Sequence record: MK327941.1
DNA from: Escherichia phage vB_EcoM_G37-3
DNA length: 64,000 bases
Direction: 5' to 3' (one strand)
A model generated the notes under the pieces. The model did not search any database. It was given only the letters and a program-made list of their open reading frames with translations, and had not been told where the DNA came from. Shown piece after piece: positions 56,480-64,000 of this stretch. The position numbers were made by a program, and so were the translations under genes. Positions within the stretch are counted from its first letter, which is position 1. Each line of letters starts with the position of its first letter.

Positions 56480-56587
56480 CTCTCATAATTTCACGCTGTT
56501 GTTTCAACATTTTTTCGTGGTTTGCTAATTCTATACCTTGTAATAGCATAACCAGTGCAATTTTCAATGATTCATCATCTTTCATAA

Positions 56588-56920
56588 TCAAAATTTACCG
56601 AAAATATTCTCTGTCATAATTCTTGCTTCGTCGATTATTTTCGTCATGTTCATGGTGTAGTTATGATCATTTAGTGCCTTAATAACAACGAGCAAGGAAT
56701 CTAAAAACACTCGATACCGGGTATATTCTACGCTATTTGTGAATACCGATGTTTTCTCTACTTTATCGATCAGATAGCCTAAAGCCGATAGCGCCTCGTT
56801 TACTTCCCTTGTTACTTTATCGGCGCTAAACAACACCGGATAAAGACGCGGTGTGATTAACCGCGCTGCCTCTTTCAATTCGGTCGCTTTCCATGATTCA
56901 TATTTGTCATAGTTAAACAT
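56588..56920 (-). CDS. hypothetical protein (110 aa); paralog of 56150..56479
   Basis: see paralog. Confidence 0.55.
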   Translation of the reverse strand: MFNYDKYESWKATELKEAARLITPRLYPVLFSADKVTREVNEALSALGYLIDKVEKTSVFTNSVEYTRYRVFLDSLLVVIKALNDHNYTMNMTKIIDEARIMTENIFGKF

Positions 56921-56931
56921 TGTATAATCTC

Positions 56932-57264
56932 TTACAGATGAAAACCTGTTACGATCACCGCATCGATCATACCGCTAGGAATAAACGGTTCGCCCTCTTT
57001 TATTTCAACTTTGAATTGATGCCATTTCGCTAATACTTCTTCCGGTACACCCAGCGATTCGGCGTCTGCTTTAGTTTCATCCATAATCCAACTAGGCTGC
57101 ATGAGAGCATAGTTTACATAGTCCATTTCTTGGGTCATGTCATCAATGTTAATATATTTGCAGTTGACGCGTTTCAGAATTTCAAATTCTTTATTATCAA
57201 CCTGTACCATGTATAATTCAGTAGTTTCTGGAATCAGTTCCCACACAATCAGTACATTTTTCAT
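56932..57264 (-). CDS. hypothetical protein (110 aa)
   Basis: ORF in small-gene block. Confidence 0.55.
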   Translation of the reverse strand: MKNVLIVWELIPETTELYMVQVDNKEFEILKRVNCKYINIDDMTQEMDYVNYALMQPSWIMDETKADAESLGVPEEVLAKWHQFKVEIKEGEPFIPSGMIDAVIVTGFHL

Positions 57265-57272
57265 AGTTCACC

Positions 57273-57641
57273 TCACTTAACAAAGATTTTCTTTAATGCT
57301 TTCAGGATCGTTGCTTCCGGCGCTTCTTCCGGTGGAGGAAGCAATTCTACCACTTCCTCTTCCAACTCGATATAGTCTACCAGATATTCTACATAGAATG
57401 CAAGTGCTTCCATGAAATTAGATGCTACATCCGATTCACCACACGCGCCTACATGCATTGTATAAACATCACTGCGATCAAGTTTGTGAATACTCCCCAG
57501 ATAGTTCCGGTTATACCAGACTTCCCACACTTTCAGCTTTCCGGTTTTGGTTGATGTTTTATAATCGGTTTCGTAATGATGCAATTGACGTTGCAGATCA
57601 TTGATAATAACACATTTTTCGTAATTGTTTTGAATTTCCAT
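57273..57641 (-). CDS. hypothetical protein (122 aa)
   Basis: ORF in small-gene block. Confidence 0.55.
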   Translation of the reverse strand: MEIQNNYEKCVIINDLQRQLHHYETDYKTSTKTGKLKVWEVWYNRNYLGSIHKLDRSDVYTMHVGACGESDVASNFMEALAFYVEYLVDYIELEEEVVELLPPPEEAPEATILKALKKIFVK

Positions 57642-57651
57642 GATGTAATCC

Positions 57652-57843
57652 TCACTTATCGTTAAGAAGTTCTAAAACTTTCTGTCGTACTTTGTCAATA
57701 TTAGTTGATTCAAAAACTGTACGGTATCCCCAGCTTTGACCGTATGAGCGGTTGCAATCTCCATATCCCCATTGTTCAACCTGATAGTATTCAAGGAATG
57801 GATGCTGCCGAACTATGATACCATCGCGATTAAAAATTACCAT
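57652..57843 (-). CDS. hypothetical protein (63 aa)
   Basis: ORF. Confidence 0.5.
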   Translation of the reverse strand: MVIFNRDGIIVRQHPFLEYYQVEQWGYGDCNRSYGQSWGYRTVFESTNIDKVRQKVLELLNDK

Positions 57844-57866
57844 AATATAATCCTCACGTCAACAAC

Positions 57867-58154
57867 TTATTTTCGGTTGTGGTCACGATATGTTTTAAAA
57901 TATCCCTCGTACCACGGTAAAACATCTGGATTTTTACCACTATACAGACCTTTAACCATCATGTCAATAAGACCGTCCGGTGTTTGATAATTACCAGCTT
58001 TTATAAGCTCTCTGATTAAAATTTCCCTGTATATGTCTTTCGGATCTTCGTAATCAACTTGTATCGTGGTTGTAGTCTCATTCAATTTGGTTTCTGGAGT
58101 ATCTTGCATCGCCTTCCACCAATCTTTTGTAATCTTCATGTTATTGAATTGCAT
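57867..58154 (-). CDS. hypothetical protein (95 aa)
   Basis: ORF. Confidence 0.55.
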   Translation of the reverse strand: MQFNNMKITKDWWKAMQDTPETKLNETTTTIQVDYEDPKDIYREILIRELIKAGNYQTPDGLIDMMVKGLYSGKNPDVLPWYEGYFKTYRDHNRK

Positions 58155-58165
58155 AATTTAACCTC

Positions 58166-58924
58166 TTACTTGCAAACGTATTGATCTACATCAATTGCGC
58201 CACCGAATGTAGGATGACGTTTTTCGAATCGAATAGTTCCGTCGTTTGGTTCGAAAACGGAGTATTCATATAGATCTTTCTTGCCAACATTCTTATAAAA
58301 CCCGCCTTTAGTCATAACGGTTTCTTGTACGTTTGCTTTGTGTACGTTGTATTCATCAATGTATACAAAATCAACCATCTTCCCATTTTTAATTGTTACT
58401 TTAAGATCTCCTGGTTGGTTTCCATATTTTGCATACAGTGGCGCTTCTTTAATTTTTGTGGAAATTCCATCTTTCATACTCCACTCATAACGAACGGTGC
58501 ATTGATAGGTAAAAGTTTCGACCTTCGGTTCTTCCACCACTTTTTCTTCCTGTTTCGGTTGTTCTTCTTCAACCTTCGCAGAAGTCTCTGAATCGCTTTC
58601 TGACGCGGTTTCTTCTTTAGGTAATACATTCATCAAGTTTTGGATTTGAGCGTTGTATACAGCCTCCAGTGGCTGAATCTGCCCGATATTGATCATTGTA
58701 TCACGAACAGTTTTATTCCAGTTTCGTTGCTCTTGTTTCAGAGACGGATCAATCTTAACAGCCTTAACATACACCTCATGAAGTTTAGAGTCCAGTGCGG
58801 AGATAGACTCATTAGCACAAATAAACTTCTCTGATTTGGTAGTAGCTTTAGCGCAATCGAAGGACGCAGCGTTAGCACCGAAAGCAGTAGCAGAAAGAAC
58901 GATAGCAGCGATAATGTTTTTCAT
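58166..58924 (-). CDS. secreted protein with LprI / DUF1311-like N-terminal domain (252 aa)
   Basis: signal peptide MKNIIAAIVLSATAFGANA; CAKATTKSEKFIC...LDSKL...Y pattern. Confidence 0.6.
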   Translation of the reverse strand: MKNIIAAIVLSATAFGANAASFDCAKATTKSEKFICANESISALDSKLHEVYVKAVKIDPSLKQEQRNWNKTVRDTMINIGQIQPLEAVYNAQIQNLMNVLPKEETASESDSETSAKVEEEQPKQEEKVVEEPKVETFTYQCTVRYEWSMKDGISTKIKEAPLYAKYGNQPGDLKVTIKNGKMVDFVYIDEYNVHKANVQETVMTKGGFYKNVGKKDLYEYSVFEPNDGTIRFEKRHPTFGGAIDVDQYVCK

Positions 58925-58958
58925 AATATATTCCTCAGTGTTTTGTCTTGATGTGAGT

Positions 58959-58987
58959 ATGTTACTACTCCCTTAATCCGGTGTCAA
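58959..58987 (-). promoter_or_regulatory. early promoter cassette (PeSL-like)
   Basis: TTGACA, 17-nt spacer, TAACAT within GGGAGTAGTAACATACTCAC. Confidence 0.5.
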
Positions 58988-58994
58988 CTACTTT

Positions 58995-59150
58995 TTAAAT
59001 TTCTTCTACAGTAAAGTCTTCAATGTTGTTGTGCTCGGAGAACGTTGCCAGACCAGCATTCCATGCATCATCCTCAGAGAAGAATACGCCGTAACGTTCA
59101 TATCCTTTAGAGCCTTCAAATTTAACCATTAATTTGTGAGTATGTTTCAT
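58995..59150 (-). CDS. small protein (51 aa)
   Basis: true start MKHTHK with AAGGAG; the track ORF N-terminus MLTGDRRSPI is translated promoter sequence. Confidence 0.5.
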   Translation of the reverse strand: MKHTHKLMVKFEGSKGYERYGVFFSEDDAWNAGLATFSEHNNIEDFTVEEI

Positions 59151-59181
59151 TTTGATTCTCCTTCGTTGTCTTGACGAGTTT

Positions 59182-59210
59182 AGTATAGGGGATCGGCGAT
59201 CCCCTGTCAA
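59182..59210 (-). promoter_or_regulatory. early promoter cassette (PeSL-like, palindromic spacer)
   Basis: TTGACA-GGGGATCGCCGATCCCC-TATACT. Confidence 0.6.
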
Positions 59211-59220
59211 CAACTATTTT

Positions 59221-59433
59221 TTAATTTTTACCCGCTCGTGCATTAATACGCATTTTCTGCATAGCCATGATCTGGCTTACTGCTTCTTCTTTACGTTCTT
59301 GCGTGATAACGTGACCAGATTCCGCAAACTCTCCAGCAACTTCTTCTACGATCTCGCGAACTTGAGAACGTCCAAAGATGCGGTTTCCTTCGTAGCTCAT
59401 AAATTCAGTCACTACTTGCTCAATAGATTTCAT
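59221..59433 (-). CDS. hypothetical protein (70 aa)
   Basis: start MKSIEQ with AAGGAG. Confidence 0.55.
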   Translation of the reverse strand: MKSIEQVVTEFMSYEGNRIFGRSQVREIVEEVAGEFAESGHVITQERKEEAVSQIMAMQKMRINARAGKN

Positions 59434-59462
59434 GTGATTCTCCTTTCGTTTGGTATGGGAGT

Positions 59463-59491
59463 ATAATACTACTCCCATTATTCAGTGTCAA
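59463..59491 (-). promoter_or_regulatory. early promoter cassette (PeSL-like)
   Basis: TTGACA, 17-nt spacer, TATTAT within GGGAGTAGTATTATACTCCC. Confidence 0.55.
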
Positions 59492-59497
59492 TAGATT

Positions 59498-59704
59498 TTA
59501 TTCGATTATTTCAAATTTTGCTACCGGATCACCGTTTCGTTTGGTTGCAGTAAGTTGTTGTTTGTCAAAGTAAAACCAAATATAGTCACCATGAACTACA
59601 TCAAATGTGTTTCCGCTATTGTCCGTGAATACATCAACATCATAATCACACCCGACACCAAAGCTATAATTGATGTGATCGGTTTCAATGCAACGTACTT
59701 TCAT
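59498..59704 (-). CDS. hypothetical protein (68 aa); paralog of 30448..30666
   Basis: shared VAKFE C-terminus. Confidence 0.55.
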   Translation of the reverse strand: MKVRCIETDHINYSFGVGCDYDVDVFTDNSGNTFDVVHGDYIWFYFDKQQLTATKRNGDPVAKFEIIE

Positions 59705-59775
59705 TTTTTGAATCTCCTTTTTGTTTCACTGTGTGTATTATGCAATGCTGGATTATGGAAGTCAAACAACTTTTC

Positions 59776-59803
59776 AAATAAAAAAGCCGACCACAAGGAT
59801 CGG
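59776..59803 (-). terminator. rho-independent terminator
   Basis: AGCCGA-TCCTTGTGG-TCGGCT then TTTTTTATTT on minus strand. Confidence 0.5.
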
Positions 59804-59815
59804 CTTAATAATCAG

Positions 59816-60211
59816 TTACTTACTAAATTTCTTTTTGGCTTCGTCTACTGCATGAGATGCCAGTACCGCCGCCGCATGTGCACTTTTATCTGTGTTGCAG
59901 AGAACACCCAGATAAACATCACGCCAAAGTTTAATCATCTCGTAGATCATATCAATATCATTTTCTTGTTTGTTGGCGATGCTATTCGTCGTTATCTGGT
60001 AAGGTAACGGCTTGATCTGTACTGGTTCCGTCATCGGGCTAATCGGTTTCGGATCAGTCATAATAGGTGCTGTTGTGGGTGGTGTTTTCCATACGCCATT
60101 ATTCCACGGTTTAATCGTTGTGTCGTAAAGTTTATAAGGATTTTTGTCTTGGTCAACCATCCATGCATGATGAGTACCCAAACCATTTGAAGTGATGCGT
60201 CGTTCAGTCAT
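59816..60211 (-). CDS. hypothetical protein (131 aa)
   Basis: ORF. Confidence 0.55.
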   Translation of the reverse strand: MTERRITSNGLGTHHAWMVDQDKNPYKLYDTTIKPWNNGVWKTPPTTAPIMTDPKPISPMTEPVQIKPLPYQITTNSIANKQENDIDMIYEMIKLWRDVYLGVLCNTDKSAHAAAVLASHAVDEAKKKFSK

Positions 60212-60214
60212 AAT

Positions 60215-60418
60215 TTATTTCCTCTCTGAAAATTCTTTCATCAAGCTGTCGATCTTTGCTCTGTGTTCTGGCGTGTTTGTCATCTCTGCTAATTTGCTCA
60301 GAGATTCACTGGTGATCCGGTTGGATTCTTCCAGTGTTTCAACGACAATTGGAACAATCTTTTTATTGTTGTACAGAAATGCAATATAACCGCCTTCTGG
60401 ATATTCTTTCATAATCAA
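60215..60418 (-). CDS. hypothetical protein (67 aa)
   Basis: ORF coupled to gene 52. Confidence 0.5.
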   Translation of the reverse strand: MIMKEYPEGGYIAFLYNNKKIVPIVVETLEESNRITSESLSKLAEMTNTPEHRAKIDSLMKEFSERK

Positions 60419-61776
60419 CCCTTCTTAAGTTCTTTAAGATCTTTCTTATATTCCTTCATTGCGGTCGTCTTTGTCCAATACTCATATTCACTATGATGTT
60501 TCTCGGCATCTTTGACCAGTCGATCATACTCTTCTTGAGTAACGCTATACAATGGCATAGAAACTAGCTTATCGGCGTATGGACGCAGTTTTTCATGTCC
60601 ATTGATGGATTGCATTACCTCGGCCTTTTTCTTGCCCTGTAGCTCGATTTCGCCCTTAATTACGAGATCGATAAATTCGGCTTTAGCCATTGCATAATTG
60701 TATGCTTCCAGCGTTTCCGCTTGCATCAATTCAATGCGTTTATCGACATACCCCAATCGGATTTCGACGAATCGACGGACCAGTTCGCTCGCTTTCTCGA
60801 ATACTTCTACTAAACCACGTTCATTAACCACTACGATATTCTGGGCTACTAACTGCGTTAGTTTAAAATCCTTCATGATTTGCTCATGTCGAGCGGATTC
60901 ATCTTCGCTTTTGAAATAATCGCGTTTCAGTGTTACTTCAAATCTGAATCCGTCCTTAGAGCAACGGTCATTATACGATACAATCAGATCTTTTTCTTCC
61001 AGTGCATCCAGTACCGCTACATATTCTTCACGGTCGAACTTATAAGGAACTTCTGATATTGTCAGTTTAGTCTTGCCGTTTAGTTCATATGTACCCTCAA
61101 GAATCACACCATCGCGATCATCTCGCGGGATAACTTTACCCGTGAATTTTGGGAATTGAACACTAGGTTCTTTATCCAGTTTTCCGACAAGTGCTAGCTC
61201 TGTGCATTCAATGAGGCTTTCCAGTGAATGCGGTAAAATGTCAGTTTTATACCCTGTAGCAATACCACTAATACCATTAGCCAATACCATTGGCACAACT
61301 GGCAAGTAGAACGCTGGCGGGATGTGTTCCAGATCTTCGTGCTTAGGTGCGCAATTCATATCTTTATAGATTTTAAAGAAGTTTTCATGCACACGAGCAA
61401 AGATATAACGTGCTGCACCTGCTTTCTGGACTAAACGCGATCCGAAGTTACCTTGACCGTCAAGCAGTGGAGTATTATTGCTCCATGTATTCGCCATTAG
61501 TGATCCGGCTTCTACGGCATTAGTTTCCCCGTGGTGATACCCCAACTCAGCAACACCAGACCCAATATCTGCCATCTTACGGAATTTCTTACGGTCGCCT
61601 TTACTCTTTTGAAGTGCACATTCCATAACAAAGCGTTGCACTGGTTTAAGCCCATCTACCAATTGAGGAATCCCGCGTTCCTCGGCAGAATAGATCGCAT
61701 ATTCCTTAGCTTCATTATGTACAATGCTTTCAAGGCTACGGTAAGTAACTGATTTATTCATCTTCACCTCATACAC
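60415..61776 (-). CDS. 52: DNA topoisomerase II medium subunit gp52
   Basis: 453 aa; GyrA-like N-terminus (LKPVQRF). Confidence 0.85.
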   Translation of the reverse strand: MYEVKMNKSVTYRSLESIVHNEAKEYAIYSAEERGIPQLVDGLKPVQRFVMECALQKSKGDRKKFRKMADIGSGVAELGYHHGETNAVEAGSLMANTWSNNTPLLDGQGNFGSRLVQKAGAARYIFARVHENFFKIYKDMNCAPKHEDLEHIPPAFYLPVVPMVLANGISGIATGYKTDILPHSLESLIECTELALVGKLDKEPSVQFPKFTGKVIPRDDRDGVILEGTYELNGKTKLTISEVPYKFDREEYVAVLDALEEKDLIVSYNDRCSKDGFRFEVTLKRDYFKSEDESARHEQIMKDFKLTQLVAQNIVVVNERGLVEVFEKASELVRRFVEIRLGYVDKRIELMQAETLEAYNYAMAKAEFIDLVIKGEIELQGKKKAEVMQSINGHEKLRPYADKLVSMPLYSVTQEEYDRLVKDAEKHHSEYEYWTKTTAMKEYKKDLKELKKG

Positions 61777-62131
61777 GCTTACAAATCACATTCTTTACTT
61801 TATCAGATTTATCAGCCCAATCCAATAGCCATTTTAACGGAAGGATTGACACAATAAACGGGGCAGCAATCAAAGCAAACATGATACACCTGATAATCAG
61901 GAAAACGCAAGTGACAAAACTAGCGATAGTGATCCCGACAAAACAAAATACCATAGAAAACAGAGTAATGATATAGAAAGGCCAGAATACCCACTCCCGC
62001 ATCTTAACGCCTTTGTATTCTCTGAATTGCTTAAAATCTACAAACAACTCTCGGATAGACGCGTACAGGACCGAAAAATCATCTTTCATTGCTCTGAATG
62101 AGCAATCTTCTATTTTAGAATGACCTAGCAT
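61769..62131 (-). CDS. membrane protein (120 aa)
   Basis: two or three TM segments. Confidence 0.55.
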   Translation of the reverse strand: MLGHSKIEDCSFRAMKDDFSVLYASIRELFVDFKQFREYKGVKMREWVFWPFYIITLFSMVFCFVGITIASFVTCVFLIIRCIMFALIAAPFIVSILPLKWLLDWADKSDKVKNVICKRV

Positions 62132-62133
62132 TA

Positions 62134-62427
62134 TTAACCGCCTTTCATCATTGATACTGGAATTGTTTTCTGATTTGTGTATAACTGGCCTACTTCAATT
62201 TTTTCTTGAATCACCACGACGTTACAATATCCACTGTCTTTAAGTTTTCTGATAATAACTCGCTTTTGTTCGTCGGTGATAGGATTGACTGTTCTCACCA
62301 ATTCACCGCAAATAATAGCACCATCTTTACAATTACCAGTAACTTTCATGCTACGACCGTGAACAACAACCACGTCACCGTAAATCACATTTTCGTCGTC
62401 GTATTTGGTAATAACCGTGACCGTCAT
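62134..62427 (-). CDS. hypothetical protein (97 aa)
   Basis: ORF. Confidence 0.5.
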   Translation of the reverse strand: MTVTVITKYDDENVIYGDVVVVHGRSMKVTGNCKDGAIICGELVRTVNPITDEQKRVIIRKLKDSGYCNVVVIQEKIEVGQLYTNQKTIPVSMMKGG

Positions 62428-62443
62428 AATGTATTCCCTCTAA

Positions 62444-62470
62444 GAAAGGCCGCGCAAAGCGGCCTATGTT
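62444..62470. terminator. terminator-like hairpin
   Basis: AGGCCGC-GCAAA-GCGGCCT. Confidence 0.45.
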
Positions 62471-62472
62471 GA

Positions 62473-62799
62473 TTATTGTTCTACAGTATAACCGTTGTTT
62501 TCAAGCCATGCAATAACAATCTTTTCACCAATTTCATCGAGCATTTCATCAGAGCCATATTCTTTGATGAAAATCGATGGATCATTATTGCTTACTACGT
62601 GCTGGATCACAACATGTTCAGGAATTGCGTCTAGTAGTTCGCTATGATCATACTCATTAACGATATCTTCAACACTAACATTATTAACCAAATCAACATC
62701 ATCCATAGTCACAGTAACGCGACCGGACGGACGCAATGAATATTGGCTACTTTCAACTTCAACATGTGCACTTTCGCAAGTAACTTTCATATCAACCAT
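62473..62799 (-). CDS. hypothetical acidic protein (108 aa)
   Basis: ORF. Confidence 0.5.
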   Translation of the reverse strand: MVDMKVTCESAHVEVESSQYSLRPSGRVTVTMDDVDLVNNVSVEDIVNEYDHSELLDAIPEHVVIQHVVSNNDPSIFIKEYGSDEMLDEIGEKIVIAWLENNGYTVEQ

Positions 62800-62813
62800 A
62801 ATTAATTCCTCTG

Positions 62814-63815
62814 TTAGTAATGGCTAAAACCTTCGGTTACATCTTCAACCACATAGTAACGATGGCAGCGCATTTTGGCATTCGCATAATCTTTCGGGAT
62901 ACTTACAACGTGACGCGGATCAACTTTACATTTAATGATTCGGCCTCGTCCACCGCCATAGTGCGGAATATAGTGTTTCGCTGCAACGTGGAGGCCATTA
63001 GAGCAAGTGCGATCATCATCTGGGTCCACGTCTTTACGCTTCATTTTAACCGTGCGACCTGGGCTATTATCAAACGTATGCGTAAAGAAATCTTTATAAT
63101 CAACATCAACACGTTTCCATGCATAGAAACAACCATCTTCCACGATCTCAATGTCGTTGTGCTCTAAGAAGTCAAATAGACGATCTACGGCCTTACGGCT
63201 AGGGTTTTTCTTGCACTTCTCAAAGAAGTTAAGATAGTGCGTATATGGCTTATTCTCTTTAATCGACTCCACAACTCGACGAGTCAGATTATTATCAAGA
63301 ACAATATTATGATAATACACAATACCATTTTCGATACGGAAAGCGCCGTGATAATATACTTCAACCGCTTTCTTAATGTCAATCAGCGTAATAGCTTTGA
63401 TGAAATCATTATGTTTAATCGCTTCCAGTGCTTCCTTAAAGTTAACATGTGATGGATCAGCAGTATAAACAATGTCACCACATGTAATAGTAATAAACTT
63501 AGTTGAGGCTATGGCTACGATTTTTGAGGAAGTAGTTACGGGCTTTTTTGCGCGTTCACCGCCTTTTCCTTTACTGGTTTTACGGCGTGCTTTACGTTTT
63601 TCTAGTGCCTTGCGACCTTCCGCTACTGCGTCTTTCTGAATCAGTAATACACGGGAGGCAGTGCGACGAGATACACCAAATGCTGCCGCAAGTGCTTCGC
63701 GGGTAGTAAACTTACCTTCGCCCCACTGTTTAGCCAGTTTGATTTGTTTCGCAGAATCCAGACATTGAACGTTACGGTCAGAGACGGTGATTTTTGCTTT
63801 AGTCATAGTATTCAT
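62814..63815 (-). CDS. rIIB: rIIB protein
   Basis: 333 aa; AVDRLFDFL..DIEIVEDGCFYAWK, IPHYGGG, DPRHVVSIPKDYANAKMRC match T4 rIIB; start may be ATG 63806 (better SD spacing). Confidence 0.75.
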   Translation of the reverse strand: MNTMTKAKITVSDRNVQCLDSAKQIKLAKQWGEGKFTTREALAAAFGVSRRTASRVLLIQKDAVAEGRKALEKRKARRKTSKGKGGERAKKPVTTSSKIVAIASTKFITITCGDIVYTADPSHVNFKEALEAIKHNDFIKAITLIDIKKAVEVYYHGAFRIENGIVYYHNIVLDNNLTRRVVESIKENKPYTHYLNFFEKCKKNPSRKAVDRLFDFLEHNDIEIVEDGCFYAWKRVDVDYKDFFTHTFDNSPGRTVKMKRKDVDPDDDRTCSNGLHVAAKHYIPHYGGGRGRIIKCKVDPRHVVSIPKDYANAKMRCHRYYVVEDVTEGFSHY

Positions 63816-63857
63816 TCCTCTATTAGTTGGGCGACTATCGCCGCCCGATTCACATCA

Positions 63858-63989
63858 TTATTTTGCTTCGACAACCTTGCGGATTGTGCGGTCTGATACA
63901 TTATAGATTCGTGCCAGTTCGCCTTTAGTCAAACCGCGAGCGTATTGTTTACGGATGGTTTCTTTCTGGATGGCGGTCAGTTTAGTCAT
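63858..63989 (-). CDS. small HTH protein (43 aa), or the C-terminal end of a longer gene (rIIA) running off the window
   Basis: GAGGTGATATT-ATG; ...GLTKGELARIYNVSDRTIRKVVEAK resembles rIIB N-terminal HTH; frame stays open to window end. Confidence 0.35.
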   Translation of the reverse strand: MTKLTAIQKETIRKQYARGLTKGELARIYNVSDRTIRKVVEAK

Positions 63990-64000
63990 AATATCACCTC

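Overview
The window is a contiguous piece of a T4-like (Tevenvirinae-type) myophage genome. Gene order follows T4: a disrupted uvsW, uvsY, baseplate genes 25-26-51-27-28-29-48-54, alt with a second ADP-ribosyltransferase, a block of small minus-strand early genes (about 14.0-21.4 kb), DNA ligase (30), 31, cd, pseT, rnlA, denA, nrdB / HNH endonuclease / nrdA, td, frd, 32, 59, 33, dsbA, rnh, long tail fibre genes 34-37, holin t, a second block of small early genes, 52 and rIIB. All calls rest on reading the translations against remembered T4 protein sequences and motifs; no database search was run. The small-gene blocks are driven by many copies of a repeated sigma70-type promoter/stem-loop cassette (TTGACA, a 17-nt spacer that is often the palindrome GGGGATC..GATCCCC, then TATAAT-like, then a conserved leader ending in GGAGAATCAAA-ATG). 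From memory this resembles the promoter-early stem-loop (PeSL) cassettes reported for RB43-group phages. The most interesting items are: a tightly coupled five-gene early operon with a compact C5-cytosine-methyltransferase-like protein and a DUF262/ParB-like protein; a seven-member paralogous family of roughly 90-100 aa proteins; NADAR-like, DUF2829 (Tad2-like) and CYTH-like candidate anti-defence genes; three tandem paralogous genes in the gp38 position after a gp37 that carries its own C-terminal chaperone domain; a uvsW gene broken by three frameshifts and a 186-bp tandem duplication; and a frameshifted HNH homing endonuclease. No rRNA, tRNA or CRISPR array was recognised. Several real genes under 60 aa are missing from the supplied ORF track and were found by hand.
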